A DNA stretch of 64,000 bases from NCBI GenBank assembly GCA_002269645.1, contig NIVC01001388.1, forward strand, positions 62,001 through 126,000, read 5' to 3'. Below, one piece after another: positions 9,486 through 21,440 of this stretch; position 1 is the stretch's first letter; each line of letters starts with the position of its first letter. The notes under the pieces were generated by a model. The model made no database searches. It was given only the letters and a program-made list of their open reading frames with translations, and was not told the DNA's origin. The position numbers and the translations under genes are program-made. The DNA comes from Macrostomum lignano. Taxonomy: Eukaryota.

Positions 9486-10263
9486 ATGTCAGGGGATTCG
9501 GAGTGAATGTCAGGAGAGATTCACAGTGAATGTCAGGAGAGATTCGGAGTGAATGTCAGAAAAGATTCGGAATGAATGTCAGGAGAGATTCACAGTGAAT
9601 GTCAGGAGAGATTCGGAGTGAATGTCAGGAGAGATTCACAGTGAATGTCAGGAGAGATTCACAGTGAATGTCAGGAGAGATTCACAGTGAATGTCAGGAG
9701 AGATTCACAGTGAATGTCAGGAGAGATTCACAGTGAATGTCAGGAGAGATTCACAGTGAATGTCAGGAGAGATTCACAGTGAATTTCAGGAGAGATTCGG
9801 AGTGAATGTCAGGAGAGATTCAGAGTGAATGTCAGTAGAGATTCGGAGTGAATGTCAGGAGAGATTCGGAGTGAATGTCAGGAGAGATTCGGAGTGAATG
9901 TCAGGAGAGATTCGGAGTGAATGTCAGGAGAGATTCACAGTGAATGTCAGGAGAGATTCGGAGTGAATGTCAGGAGAGATTCACAGTGAATGTCAGGAGA
10001 GATTCAGAGTGAATGTCAGGAGAGATTCACAGTGAATGTCAGGAGAGATTCACAGTGAATGTCAGGAGAGATTCACAGTGAATGTCAGGAGAGATTCACA
10101 GTGAATGTCAGGAGAGATTCACAGTGAATGTCAGGAGAGATTCACAGTGAATGTCAGGAGAGATTCACAGTGAATTTCAGGAGAGATTCGAAGTGAATGT
10201 CAGGAGAAATTCGGAGTGAATGTCAGTAGAGATTCACAGTGAATGTCAGGAGACATTCAAGTG
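9486..10263 (+). repeat. 23-bp minisatellite (GGAGTGAATGTCAGGAGAGATTC and CACAGTG variant)
   Basis: Period 23 read directly (ATTC at 9841, 9864...). About 33 units. Confidence 0.95.
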
Positions 10264-10533
10264 GTAAAGTTGAGATTTTTTGCCAAACCGGCCGGTTCAA
10301 TTCTTCGCGGGCTCAGGGGGCCTCGCGGCCTATTCGCGGCGCCTGCGCCCCCCGTCAGTAGTAAGTAAGTAAGTAGTATTGCAAAATTACTTACTTATTG
10401 TAGGCGCGAGCCATAGACAAATCGTTGTCACGTGCTGCGACCGCTGATTCTTTGCATTGTTTTTCTGTTCGCCGATCCTACAGACAATGCATTGTTTGTA
10501 GTAATGGATTGTTCTGCATTAAAAATGTGAATA

Positions 10534-13500
10534 ATGATCGTCAAATTGCTAAACAATGTCACAAACCTCACGCAGCAAATTAGTAAGTTACCGCCGCCCA
10601 GTACAGCGTTGGCCAAATGGCTCACAGCCCAATTCCAACTAGATCAAGCTAACCTGTCTAGGGCTCAACTCACCACCGCATTAAAATTGCTCAACTACTT
10701 CAACAGCCAAATCTCTAGATCAAACACAGATTTAGGCCACACCACCCTGCACGAGATGGGTATAGAGCTAATAGATCCAAAATCCAAGCCCATTGCGCAG
10801 CCGTCTAGACGCACTACTCCAGCTCAAAAGGAGTTCTTAGACCAACATGTAGCCCAGATGCTCGAACAGGGGGTCATCGAAGAATGTGACTCCGACTGGG
10901 TGTCACCCATTGTCTTAGTCAAAAAGAAGGATGGCACTCAGCGCCTGTGCATAGATTACAGGGCTGTCAACAAGCTCATCAAGCCATGCAGTTACCCTCT
11001 GTCACTCATTGAGGAATCCTTTGATAGCCTTGCTGGGGCCACCGTATTCTCTAGCCTGGACCTGACATCTGCGCACTGGCAGGTAGGGATCAAGGAGGAG
11101 GCTAGGGATTACATCGCCTTTGCCTGCCCCCAAGGTACATTCCGTTGGAAGGTGGTACCGTTCGGGATCAAGACGGCGCCTGCCAACTTCGCCAAACTCA
11201 TGCACAAGGTATTCAGGCCCCTCCTGATGAAGGTCAGCCTCATTTACCTAGATGACATTATCATCAAGGCAGTCAACAATGACCAGATGATCGCGCACCT
11301 CGCGCTGGTCCTCTGGCAACTTAGAAAAGCCGGTCTCAAAATTAAACCGTCCAAGTGTGAGCTGTTTAAGGACAAGGTCTCCTTTCTGGGCTTTGTTGTG
11401 TCTAGCCGGGGCATTGAAGCCGACCCAGCAAAGACTCAGGCCGTTCAAGATTGGCCTAAGCCGCTTTCTAAGAAACAGCTCTTATCATTCTTGGGATTCG
11501 CGAATTTACCGAAAATTTGTGCCGCGATTCTCTATCATCACCACACCAAGAAGGAAGCCCCGTTCCTATGGCAACCGCATCACGAACGGGCTTTCCAGGA
11601 ACTCAAAAGTAATCTCTGCTCACCACCAATTCTGGCATATCCAGACCTCTCTGCCAAAGGGCGCGAATTTATCTTGGACTGCGATAGCTCTCTAGACGGC
11701 ACAGGGGGTGTGCTGAACCAGCTAGGGCCAGATGGCCAAGAGCAAGTTATAGCTTACGCATCCAAGAAGTTCAATAGTAGTCAGAGGAACTACTGCGCCA
11801 CCATGAGGGAGTTGCTGGGGCTCGTCCTGATGCTCGAGCACTTCCGTCCTTATCTATTAGACAAGCCTTTCACTGTCCGGGTAGACGCAGCTGCGCTCAA
11901 ATGGCTGCATTCTAAGAAGCATGCCACTGGTATGCTGGCTCAGTGGCTCGCCACTATTGAACTGTATCCACTGAAGGTCCAACAGTCCACTCTGGAACGA
12001 ATAGCAGAGTATGATTTCACCGTCCAGTACCGTCCAGGCGTTGATCACGTGCCTGCGGACGCCCTCAGTAGACTAACAAAGTTCAGAGCTGACCACTTCG
12101 ACTGCCCGACATGTAGTCAGATTCCGGAATTCAAGAGGAAGTTCCTAGATCAGGATTCTAAGGCACGCCGTAAACCGCCCACTGGGGAATTGCGGCAGGT
12201 GAGCGTCCAGAACACGGGCAAAAGTGTCGCGTGTCAGACTGACGCCGATAGTAGCCTTTCACCATCACAGCCACCCCGGCCAAGGGCAGCCCCGGTGCCC
12301 GAGGAGGCGCCAAGAGTCACTATGGCTAAACCATCGCCAAATGTCCGCGCTGCTGCTAGTAGTGCTGATCACAGTCCAAGGACTGAATTCCTTGAGCCTG
12401 AAGCAGGACTTCAAGTGCCACCTGAACTCATCTGGGCCCAGAATGCCCAGGACTCCTGTGTTGACATGGCGCGCTTAATTGCCAGTGTCCAGGGTAAGGC
12501 CGAGCCATTGTCCAAGGCCGAGCTGCAGAGCTGTAACCGGGAAATACGCACACTCTGGGCTCAAATCAACAACCTCGAAGTTATTGAAGGCCTCCTGTAC
12601 CTAGTCAGACCTTCAAAAACCAAGACAGCCAATAGACGTCTTGTAGTGCCTGAAACTGCAGATGTCAGCCACCTGGTCCTCCAGTATCATGGCCAGCTGA
12701 ATCACTGCGGCATCACCAAGACGATGTCCGCCCTGAAGGCGCGCTTCGCCATTTCCGACTTAGATACTATTGTCAAGGGGGGTCCTGGCCGAATGCACCG
12801 TTTGCGCCAAGACTAAGAAGTCAAAGCGTAAGCTCAAGGCCCCTATGCAACCAGAACTGTCCGGCTACCCGAACCAGGTTGTCCACGTGGACCACGCAGG
12901 CCCGTTTGAAGAGTATGACGGGTACAAGTACCTGCTGGTTATGATTGACCGGTTCACCGGGTTTGTAGAAGTCGTCCCTGTCCCCGATGTCAGTGCTGAG
13001 ACCACTGCCACCTCCATCCTGACTGAATGGATTGCCAGGTATGGGGTGATGGAGCAGCTGGTATCTGACAACGGGACCGCCTTCATCAACAGTACGATGA
13101 CAGAATTGACTAGACTCTTACAAATTGACATGGGTCGGATCACAGCCCGCCGTCCTCAGGCTAACGGTAAAGCTGAGAGGATGATCCAGACGGTGAAGGC
13201 CCAGGTTAGAGCCATCTGTCTTGAGAGGCAATGCGATTGGCCTCTTGCCAGCCGGCTGGCCGCCATGTCAATTCGTGCCACGATTGCAGAATCCACCAGA
13301 TTTACTCCAGCCAAACTTTTCTTCGGGCGTGAGTTCGAATTACCACTCGACCTCTGTCATAACCCACCGCCCAATGAGCACTATCAGCCGGAGAGGTACG
13401 CGCACCAATTGCATCGGACTTTAGTCGAAGCCTCTGCCTTAGCCCGCCGCACTAGGGGCAAAGCCCAGGAAAGGCAGAAGAGGTATTACGACCGCCGCGC

Positions 13501-14272
13501 CCTCCGCGCTGAGTTCCACGAAAGGGAATTAGTCTGGGTCTTGAACCCGAATCACAAAGGCATCGAACCCGCTGTGTGGTTGGGGCCATACCGAGTAGTG
13601 CAGCGCTGCTCAGAGCGGACTTACCGTTTGGTCCCAGAGTACGGACTCCTAAACCCAGCAGATCGAGTGCCAAATCCGCGCCACAACATTTATAACATTG
13701 ACCGTCTCAAGCCGTGCATCAGACAGCCCACCTACCAAGATGTGATTGACAGGTATGGTGAGGCAGTCCATGCCAGATCTTCACCACCTCCTAGTGACAG
13801 CCACAGCAAATCCACAAACGAGCCCAGCCTCGTAACCATCCACCAGCCTCCCTCTGCCCGGCCAGGAAGCCCAAACAGAGAATCAGAGCCTAAGCCACCA
13901 TCGCCAGCTTCAGGCGCTTCTGAGGAGGAGGCGGGAGCTGGAGCTGGGGAGGAACAGCCAATCGCTGAAGCCGACGATGCTGTAGCCATTGAAGGACATG
14001 CCAGCGCTGACAGAATCAACACCGACACTAGCCACAGCCAAGAGAGCTCGGAATCGCTCCACACAGCTTCTCTGGGGGACTTTTCCCTGCCAGCCTCCGA
14101 ACCAATAGAGCGACCCGAGCCTGTTGCGAACCCAGCCGCCGCGCAAGCGGTGGGTCCACCAGCCCCAGCCGCGGAACCTAGGTCTAGGTACGGGCGCCCC
14201 ATCCACCCGCCCGTCAGGTACCGGACTTGTCAGGTGTCCGACCTGCTCCAGCAGTGGGGAAGCAAGCACTAA
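10534..14272 (+). pseudogene. pol: Gypsy A pol, disrupted
   Basis: RT LIYLDDII, RNase H LDCDSS and NYCATMRELL, integrase H-H/CTVC, VSDNGTAF, ANGKAERM. Compensating frameshifts at about 11505-11545 (the correct YRKFVPRFSII lies in another frame). An extra G in a G run at 12777-12782 splits the two ORFs. Confidence 0.9.
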
Positions 14273-15600
14273 CAAGCTCTCGCCTCGGGCAAGGCGTTAT
14301 ACTACCTCCTGTGGCACCTGCCGCCCACAGGTCCCTGCGGCACCTGCGGACCGCAAGCTCACGCCCCGGGCAAGGCGTAAAACTACCTCCTGTGGCATCT
14401 GTCGGCCACAGGTCCCCGTGGCACCAGTAGGCCACAAGTTCCTGTGACACCTGTCCGGTGTTGCCGTAATCGATGAAGTATACAAGGGCCGGACCGCGTA
14501 TGCTCGTATAAACCTAATATAGCAGCATAAAAATAGGCGAATATTAACTAATAACATATATATGAATATAACATAAACAATAACAGTATACGAATATGAC
14601 AATATGAGTATAACACCAATCAATAAGAAATGGCCAGCCGAAAAAAATTATAAAACTCCATGTCACCACTGCTAACAGTGCAGCGTGACACTGCGCAGCT
14701 CATTGATGAGGGCAGCATCACTTTCTCTGTCGAAAATAATCTGCAGCTCAGCTGACCGCCGCGTCTGGTAAGGCGCGTAGAAGAAAAACCTTGAAAACTT
14801 GAGGAAAAAACATCAGCAGGAAATTTTTTAATTTTTATATCTCGTGGGAATAAAATAACATACAACATACTAATTAAAATTAATGACATAATAACTTCAT
14901 AAGATACAGCAAGCAGAGGCATTGCATGCACCGGACGCACTTCACATGCACGTACACATGCGCCAGGACCTGGCGTAGGGTTAGCCTAGCAAGGGAGAGG
15001 TGGTTGTTTCCAGGGCATTTGTCTTCCTCCGCCACGGCACTTGGTGCCGGTTTCTCTGTTTGGCGCGCCGCGCCGTTCTGTCCCGCCTTGGGCGCTTCTG
15101 CGCCGGTTTCCTCCGCCACGGCACTTGGTGCCGGTTTCTCCGTTTGGCGCGCCGTGCCGTGTCCCGCCGCCTTTGACGCTCAGCGTCGTTTGCCCGCAGT
15201 TGTTCGGACTGTGCCTTCTGTCTGTGTCCTTCCTTCTGTGCCTCATCCGCCTTCTCGCCTTTGCTCGTGCCTGTGTTGTAGTCGTTGCTTGTAATCGCGT
15301 GCGCCGCGGGAGTAGTTCCAGCGCGCCCTGCCCTGCTCTACCTTTGTAACCAATGCTATGTAATACTGCTGTAACGCATCATGCGTACTACTAATGCTCT
15401 GTGACTCTCCGTAACTTTTGGTAATCTTTTGTAACCTTTTGTAACCCTACCATTCTGTAATTTTGTCATGTTTTGCCATATAATTTTTGTAATATTGCAA
15501 TGCTGTGAATCCGCCCTCCGTAGTATGCTGTGTTTTCGCCGTCACCCCACGTGCTGGTTTTCCTTTGCGTGGCCCTATCCTTTTTCGGAAGGGAGGCGGG

Positions 15601-16244
15601 TGTAACGTTGTCAGTTTAAAGTGGTCCCGCAAAAGGGCCGTTGGACTACAATTTCTCATTTAACATTCTCCAATCTTGTATGCGCACGTTTACTTGTAGT
15701 AGCGCCCAACGAATCTGTATCAATTGCTAATCATTGCGTACATTGTAATCTTTGCGTACGTCTGTAGGGTCTTCGCGCGATCGATACTTTCTGTTTTTGG
15801 TTTTCCCCCGCCAGCCAATGGAAACTCCGCGCATTTTTTATGCTAACCCTCCTGCGCTCCTTTATTAACCCCGCCTGGCGGGGGGCTGGGGGTTTCCACT
15901 TTCCCTTTCTCTCTCCTCTCTCTCCTTCCCTCTCTTCTCTTCGCTTCTCTCTCTCCTTATCTCTCGCCACGGCCCCGCTCCGTCTGGGCCAGACTTGTTT
16001 ACGCCTTCTCGTCTCTCTCTGTCTCACTCCGCCACGGGCTAGCCTTACCTTCGCTAGGCCCTGCTACGCTGCCTTCCTGCCTGCCAGTTTGCCACCTAAG
16101 ACTGCCATCACTGTCTACTTACCGCCATCGCTCTACTATTTGCGTCACCTTCATCAATCTGCTCATCATCCTACTTAATCTATTAAAGTCAAACCCATTG
16201 TTGCAGCCGCCAGCGCCCCCGCGTGCACTGGAATTGTGCTTACA
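15601..16244 (+). repeat. 3' LTR of Gypsy A (~644 bp)
   Basis: TGTAA...TTACA termini, preceded by a PPT, with ATTAAA near 16185. No partner LTR in the window to confirm the right end. Confidence 0.65.
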
Positions 16245-16436
16245 TCGAAGCGAAAAAACAACGGCCTACTCTTGTCTCAACCGGTGCTATCCAGCCAGAC
16301 CAGCTCTACACTAAAGGGCAAATAACAAAGCTGAGGTTCGAAGGCCAAGCCAGCAGCCTGCGAACGCGTGACACAGTAGACTCGCAGCAATGCTTTGGGG
16401 GGTGATATGGTTGCCTAACAACGGGACAGAGAAAAA

Positions 16437-16652
16437 TGTAGACTAAGGCAGAGAGATACAACTGAGAGTTGACGAAGCCTCTTGGCGTTTATTAGATCGA
16501 TACGCAGGTTAAATACGATGCAACGATTGTTACATAACTGGGTATAAAAGATAGAGACAGGGGTGGGTGAAAAGCACGTACATGCTGTACAATAGCAACC
16601 CCCACCCCGCTCTAGCGACTGGCGCATACAAGTACACTTGCAACTCACTACA
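16437..16652 (-). repeat. 3' LTR of Gypsy B (216 bp)
   Basis: TGTAG...CTACA, matches 20887-21102. Confidence 0.95.
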
Positions 16653-16807
16653 ATCCTCCCCGGCGAAAAAGATCAATAACATTCGAACGAATAATTCGAA
16701 GGAAACATAAGAACAGTAAAACATTCGAACAATATTGTTATAAAGAATTTCTCGCTTTCAAATAATTCGCAACAGTCAGTCGAACAGTCACTGAGTCAAT
16801 CAAAAAT

Positions 16808-19800
16808 TCAACCGGCCACATAGCGATCCACCGGCATCCGCCTACGCACCGGGTAGCGTCTCGGGGGCGGCTCCTCGTCCGCCTCATCGCCGCCGTGCGC
16901 CGCGTGCGCAAAGGGCGGCTGCAGGAAGCGCTCTCCGTCAGGGACTGGCAGGATCCGCGGCCGCAGACGATTCACATTCACCCTGCGGGTCCGGCCGTTC
17001 TCGATCTTTTGGATTTCGACTACCAGATCCCGCTGCGACAGCACCTGCCAGCCCGGCTCCCAGTAAGGCGCCAGCTTGGAGCCCCTCAGCTCGATGCGCA
17101 GCAGGACCTCGTCTCCAGGACTGAACATGCGCAGCTGCCCGGTCGACCTGTCGTAGCCGCTCTTTTGCTCGCCAGCCGCCTGCACCAGATGCTCCTCGAC
17201 AAACTCTCGAATTCGCAGCAGGTCGCCCTCGAGCTTGTCGGCGTAGGTGCGCACGTCATAGAATCGCCTGGACTGCTGGCTGATGACCGGCAGGCTCGGA
17301 TCGCGCCCGGTGAACACCTTCAGTGGCGGCAGCTGTGTTGAGCAGTGCACCCGGGAATTGTAGGACAGCAGGATCAGTGGCAGCTTGTCCTCCCACTCGC
17401 TCTCTCGCTCGGTGAAACACCTGAGTAACTGCAGCACTGACTTGTTGCCCGACTCCGTTGCCTTTGGGATTATAAGCCGTTGTTCTTGTCTTCGTGACTC
17501 CCAGGCCTCGCAGAGTGTCTTGAAAAAGCTGAGACTCGAAATTCGGTCCTTGATCGGAGTGGATGACTCGGGGAAGTCCAGTCTGGGAGCAGATGGAGAG
17601 GAAGGCGCGAGCAGTAGTCTCAGCAGTCTGGTCAGGAATCGCCACGGCCGTCAGGTACTTGGAAAACTGATCCTGAGCCACCAGCAGGTATTTGTTGCCG
17701 CGCGATGATGGCGCCACCTTGACGATGTCGATAGCCACAGAATCCCACGGCGAGCCGATTGGCAGTTCTCCGAGTGGCGCGCTGGTCCGCGAGCCCGCTT
17801 TCTTCTCCTGACAGACAGAACAACTCTGGCAGTGTTGCACGATGTCTTCAGCCATGCCGGGCCAGTAGGCGGTCAGTTTCAGTGTGCGGTAGCATTTCTC
17901 GGCTCCGAAATGACCTCCCAGACCTTCGTGAGCGTTGGTCAAAAACTGTTGTCGAAGCCGCGCTGGCACCACTGGAACCTCCCGCAGGCCGTCCGGGTCA
18001 TTGAACTTGCGCAGTAGAACACCGTCATCATCCAGCTTCAGCTTCTTCCAGATTCTGCCGAGTTGCTGCAGTGGTCCTGCTCGCCATCTGGGTGCAATTT
18101 CTGCGTCCTTGTCCATCGCCTGAATCACCTGGCTGAGCTCCGGGTCATGTCGCTGCGCAGTTTTGAGCTCTTCAGTGTCGATTTCCGGAGTCAGCTGCGT
18201 AGCTGCGACTTCTTGGCCGTGCAGTCTGGACAGCGCGTCAGCATCTGAGTTCTCAACGCCTCTTCGGTACTTGACGGTGAAGTCGAACTCTTGAAGCAGC
18301 AGACGCCATCGTCCTAGCCTGCCGTAGCTGTCAACTCTCTGTGAATCGATGTAGGTGAGCGGGCAGTGATCCGTGTGCACCGTGAAATGCTTGCCGAGAA
18401 GATAGTGGCGAAAAACTTTGAATGCGTGCAGGATGGCCAGGCACTCCTTTTCTGTTGCAGAGTATTTCTTCTCAGCTGAATTGAATGCGCGGCTTGAGAA
18501 CTCGATCACCGCCTCGCCTTGCTTGAGAATTGCACCGACTCCGCTGCCACTGGCATCCGTGAAGACTGAGAACTCCTTAGTGAAATCCGGGTTCACCAGG
18601 ATCGGAGGACTAATTAGGCACCTTTTGAGCTCGTCGAAGGCCGTCTGGCATTCCGAAGTCCAGTCAAATGGAACGCCCTTGCCAGTCAGATGGTGCAGCG
18701 GTGCGGCGATGGCAGCGAAGTTGGCTACATGGCGTCGGTATTGGTTGCACAGGCCGATGACCTGACGCACCTCCTTGGCTGACCTCGGCTCTCTCCACTG
18801 CTGAATTGCCTCCAGCTTCTCCTGGCTGGGCTGGGCACCATCCTTTGAATACCGTGTGCCGAGAAAGGTCACTTCGGGTACCGCGATCTTGCACTTGGAG
18901 CCTCTTAATGTCAGTCCGGCTGCTCGAAGTCGCTCGAAGGTCTCTCGAAGTTGCCGCAGATGATCCGACTTGGTCTTTGAGAAGCACAGGCTGTCATCGA
19001 AGAACGTGAAGATGAAATCGCAGCCGTTGAAAACTTTTGACATTAGCATGCAGAATGTGCTTGGGCCCCCCGACAGACCTTGGGGCATTCTCTTAAATTG
19101 GTACAGCGGCATCCCTGGTCCCGGACAGAAAGCAGTTTTTAGCTTGTCTTCTTCTGCCATCGGAATTTGAAAATAGCCTCCATTGAGATCCAACACAGAG
19201 AACACTGAACTGCCTGCGATTCGATCTCTTGCCTCCTCCATCAACGGAATTCCCTGTGCAGAGCGAATAGTCTTCTTGTTGATCTCTCGATAGTCTATGG
19301 TCAGGCGGAGACTGCCATCCTTCTTTGTCACGTACACCGGTGGGGCCACGTACGGACTTTCGCTCAGCTCTATTACGTCGTTCTCCAGCAGTTCCTGAAT
19401 CAGCTGCTCTACCTTCTCCCGGTAATGCACAGGCATTCGGCGCGGTGGCACTCGGACAGGTACTTCATCCGAGAGAACAATTCGGTGCTGTTGCAGATGA
19501 GTTAGTCCCGGCTTTTTCTTGAACAAGTCTTTGAACTCCACCAGCAGCGGTTGTACATCAGGGTCGTCGGTAGTCGGCAACTCGAACTCCTCACAGCTGA
19601 ACTCGGGGACGAGTGCGTCTTCGATGTCAACTGGATCGTCGGTGTCAGCCTGGAATCTGGTGCTGCAGACTTGGCCAAATTATGCTTGCCGATGAAGTCG
19701 ACTCCAACAATGACAGGGCAGACCAAACCTGACACAACGAAAAACAATTGCCGGGCTGTCACTCCACCGACTGTAAGTGGCAAATCGATTTGCCGTTCTA

Positions 19801-20101
19801 TGCTAATTGGCTGCTTGTTCACTGAATGAAGTTGCACTCTGGCTGCAGTTGCCTGTCTGAGCTGGGATTTTGTCAGGATGCTGGACTCAACTAGTGAGCA
19901 CTGGCTTCCGGTGTCTAACAGCGCCTTCACACTTCTGCCATCAAGCTTGCACTCACACTGCGATAGTCGGTCGGGCGCGACGCTGCATCCGTCGAAGATC
20001 CCGCCGACAGTGAGCGCCGGCCTTGAAGCCGCTGCTGCTGGGCCCGCAGTTACTGCTGGCCGGGGTTGCGGGCCCGCACACCCCAGCCTCTGGCGTTTCC
20101 C
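16808..20101 (-). pseudogene. pol: Gypsy B pro-pol with two frameshifts
   Basis: Protease LLDTGS, RT TFFDDSL, RNase H TDASGSGVG, integrase HEGLGGH...CQSC, SDQGPNF, AYNPKGNG. Frame breaks at about 19660 and 17450. Confidence 0.9.
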
Positions 20102-20859
20102 GGCTGTCGCCTGCTGTAGCAATCTCTGGCAATGTGGCCGGCCTTGTGGCAGTTGTAGCAGATGATGTCAGACTTCGAACGGTGCTGCGGTCTCGTTGTG
20201 CTACTCGTCCTCACTCCACAGGCTGCCAGCTGCTGCAGCTGGGAACTCAGGGTGCTCACCGATGCCTGCAGACTCTGCACAGTGTCCCGCAGCTCCTGAA
20301 ACTCGCTGGATTGGCTCGACTGAGGTTGCACCGCTGCTGCTGGGATGCTTGGCGAGCTGTGCTGCATCAGTAGCTGGGCCTTTTGAAGCGCTTGCTCTGA
20401 GGTCTTAACGCTGGAATCCGCGCGAATCTGCCAGCTCACGGATTCGGGAAGGCCACAGACGAACTGATGGAACAGCAGAGCCTCTTGAGCATCTTTGTTG
20501 TCCACGGAGGAGCTTTTGAGCATCTTCTTTAACTCGTAAAGATACATGCGTGGAGTCTCATTCGACAAAATCTTCCTTGATTTGAACGCCTCCATGACGG
20601 CGAAGTGCTCGCGGTTCGGGTGGAATGCATCATCCAATGCCTGGACTACTTTGTCGTAGTCTGCCTGATCTCCTGCCGACAGTTCCAAATAAACGACGAG
20701 AGCCTCGCCATCCAAAAATGTGGCCAGTCGCTCCGCTTTGCACGTGTCCCACTTGTTGACTTTTGCGCATACATTGAAACGCTGCAGCCATTCCTTAAAG
20801 TTGCCGGTACTGAAAACTCTGGGCAGCGCTGCACTGGCGGTCAAACCTTTCTCAGCCAT
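20050..20859 (-). CDS. gag: Gypsy B Gag (269 aa)
   Basis: ATG 13 nt after the PBS. C-terminal zinc knuckle CYNCHKAGHIARDC. Confidence 0.9.
   Translation of the reverse strand: MAEKGLTASAALPRVFSTGNFKEWLQRFNVCAKVNKWDTCKAERLATFLDGEALVVYLELSAGDQADYDKVVQALDDAFHPNREHFAVMEAFKSRKILSNETPRMYLYELKKMLKSSSVDNKDAQEALLFHQFVCGLPESVSWQIRADSSVKTSEQALQKAQLLMQHSSPSIPAAAVQPQSSQSSEFQELRDTVQSLQASVSTLSSQLQQLAACGVRTSSTTRPQHRSKSDIICYNCHKAGHIARDCYSRRQPGNARGWGVRARNPGQQ
20058..20101 (-). promoter_or_regulatory. Programmed -1 ribosomal frameshift signal (gag to pro)
   Basis: In-frame slippery heptamer G GGA AAC (20101-20095), 6-nt spacer, then hairpin GGCTGGGGT-G-TGCGGGCCCGCA-ACCCCGGCC. A -1 shift enters the protease frame (GKRQRLG). 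Confidence 0.8.
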
Positions 20860-20872
20860 TCTAGAATAATTT

Positions 20873-20884
20873 GCTCTGCTACCA
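20873..20884 (-). promoter_or_regulatory. Primer binding site, initiator tRNA-Met type
   Basis: TGGTAGCAGAGC 2 nt from the 5' LTR, complementary to the tRNA-iMet 3' end GCUCUGCUACCA. Confidence 0.85.
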
Positions 20885-20886
20885 GT

Positions 20887-21102
20887 TGTAGACTAAGGCA
20901 GAGAGATACAACTGAGAGTTGACGAAGCCTCTTGGCGTTTATTAGATCGATACGCAGGTTAAATACGATACAACGATTGTTACATAACTGGGTATAAAAG
21001 ATAGAGACAGGGGTTGGTGAAAAGCACGTACATGCTGTACAATAGCAACCCCCACCCCGCTCTAGCGACTGGCGCATACAAGTACACTTGCAACTCACTA
21101 CA
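20887..21102 (-). repeat. 5' LTR of Gypsy B (216 bp)
   Basis: Matches 16437-16652 except at 2 nt. Confidence 0.95.
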
Positions 21103-21440
21103 AAAATGCTCGAGCGATAACCCTGCCCCGCTCAAACTATGCATTGCTCTTCATTTTGTCAACTAAACCAGTTTGCTTGCTTGACTATAAAATACACTGT
21201 CGAGTCTTGAATAATTGCGGCACAAAGAGAGATTCGGAGATGTGAGCCTCACACTCATAAGAGGGCCCTCAGAGGCCAGGTGTGTTAGAAATTCTTTCTG
21301 ACTTGTGAGCAGAAGATAACAGGAATAAAAACTGTTATAAAGTGCATGTTTGATGGTCCAAAAGTCGAGAGGCAAAGTCCAGGGACGGAATGATAGCGAT
21401 ATAGTTAGAAGTATAAAATGTACAACCAGTGGCCCCTCCC

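Larger units (their letters stand above)
10534..16244 (+). mobile_element. 5'-truncated Ty3/Gypsy LTR retrotransposon A (RT-RNase H-integrase, ~1.3-kb 3' non-coding region, 3' LTR)
   Basis: Pol motifs are present, plus a polypurine tract AAGGGAGGCGGG (to 15600) followed by TGTAAC. No gag, protease or 5' LTR is seen upstream. Confidence 0.85.
16437..21102 (-). mobile_element. Full-length (4666 bp) young Ty3/Gypsy element B
   Basis: Two 216-bp LTRs differing at 2 positions, PBS, PPT (GGGGAGGAT next to 16652), gag-pro-RT-RH-INT order, flanked by AAAA on both sides (4-bp TSD candidate). Confidence 0.95.

Noticed and set aside
13700-14272. Pro/Ser/Glu/Ala-rich tail of the Gypsy A integrase as an env or novel domain
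   Set aside because: Low-complexity, with no transmembrane or signal features. It ends in the usual RSRYGRPIHPPVRY-type motif.
18990-19015. RT active site FFDD instead of YxDD
   Set aside because: FFDD is common in Ty3/Gypsy reverse transcriptases and is not evidence of novelty or inactivity.
21215-21290. Possible hammerhead ribozyme in the Penelope 3' region (minus strand CTGAGGG / CTTATGAG, hairpin TGTGAG-G-CTCACA, CGAAT)
   Set aside because: The catalytic core (CUGANGA...GAAA) is not intact and stems I and III could not be built. At best it is a decayed copy.
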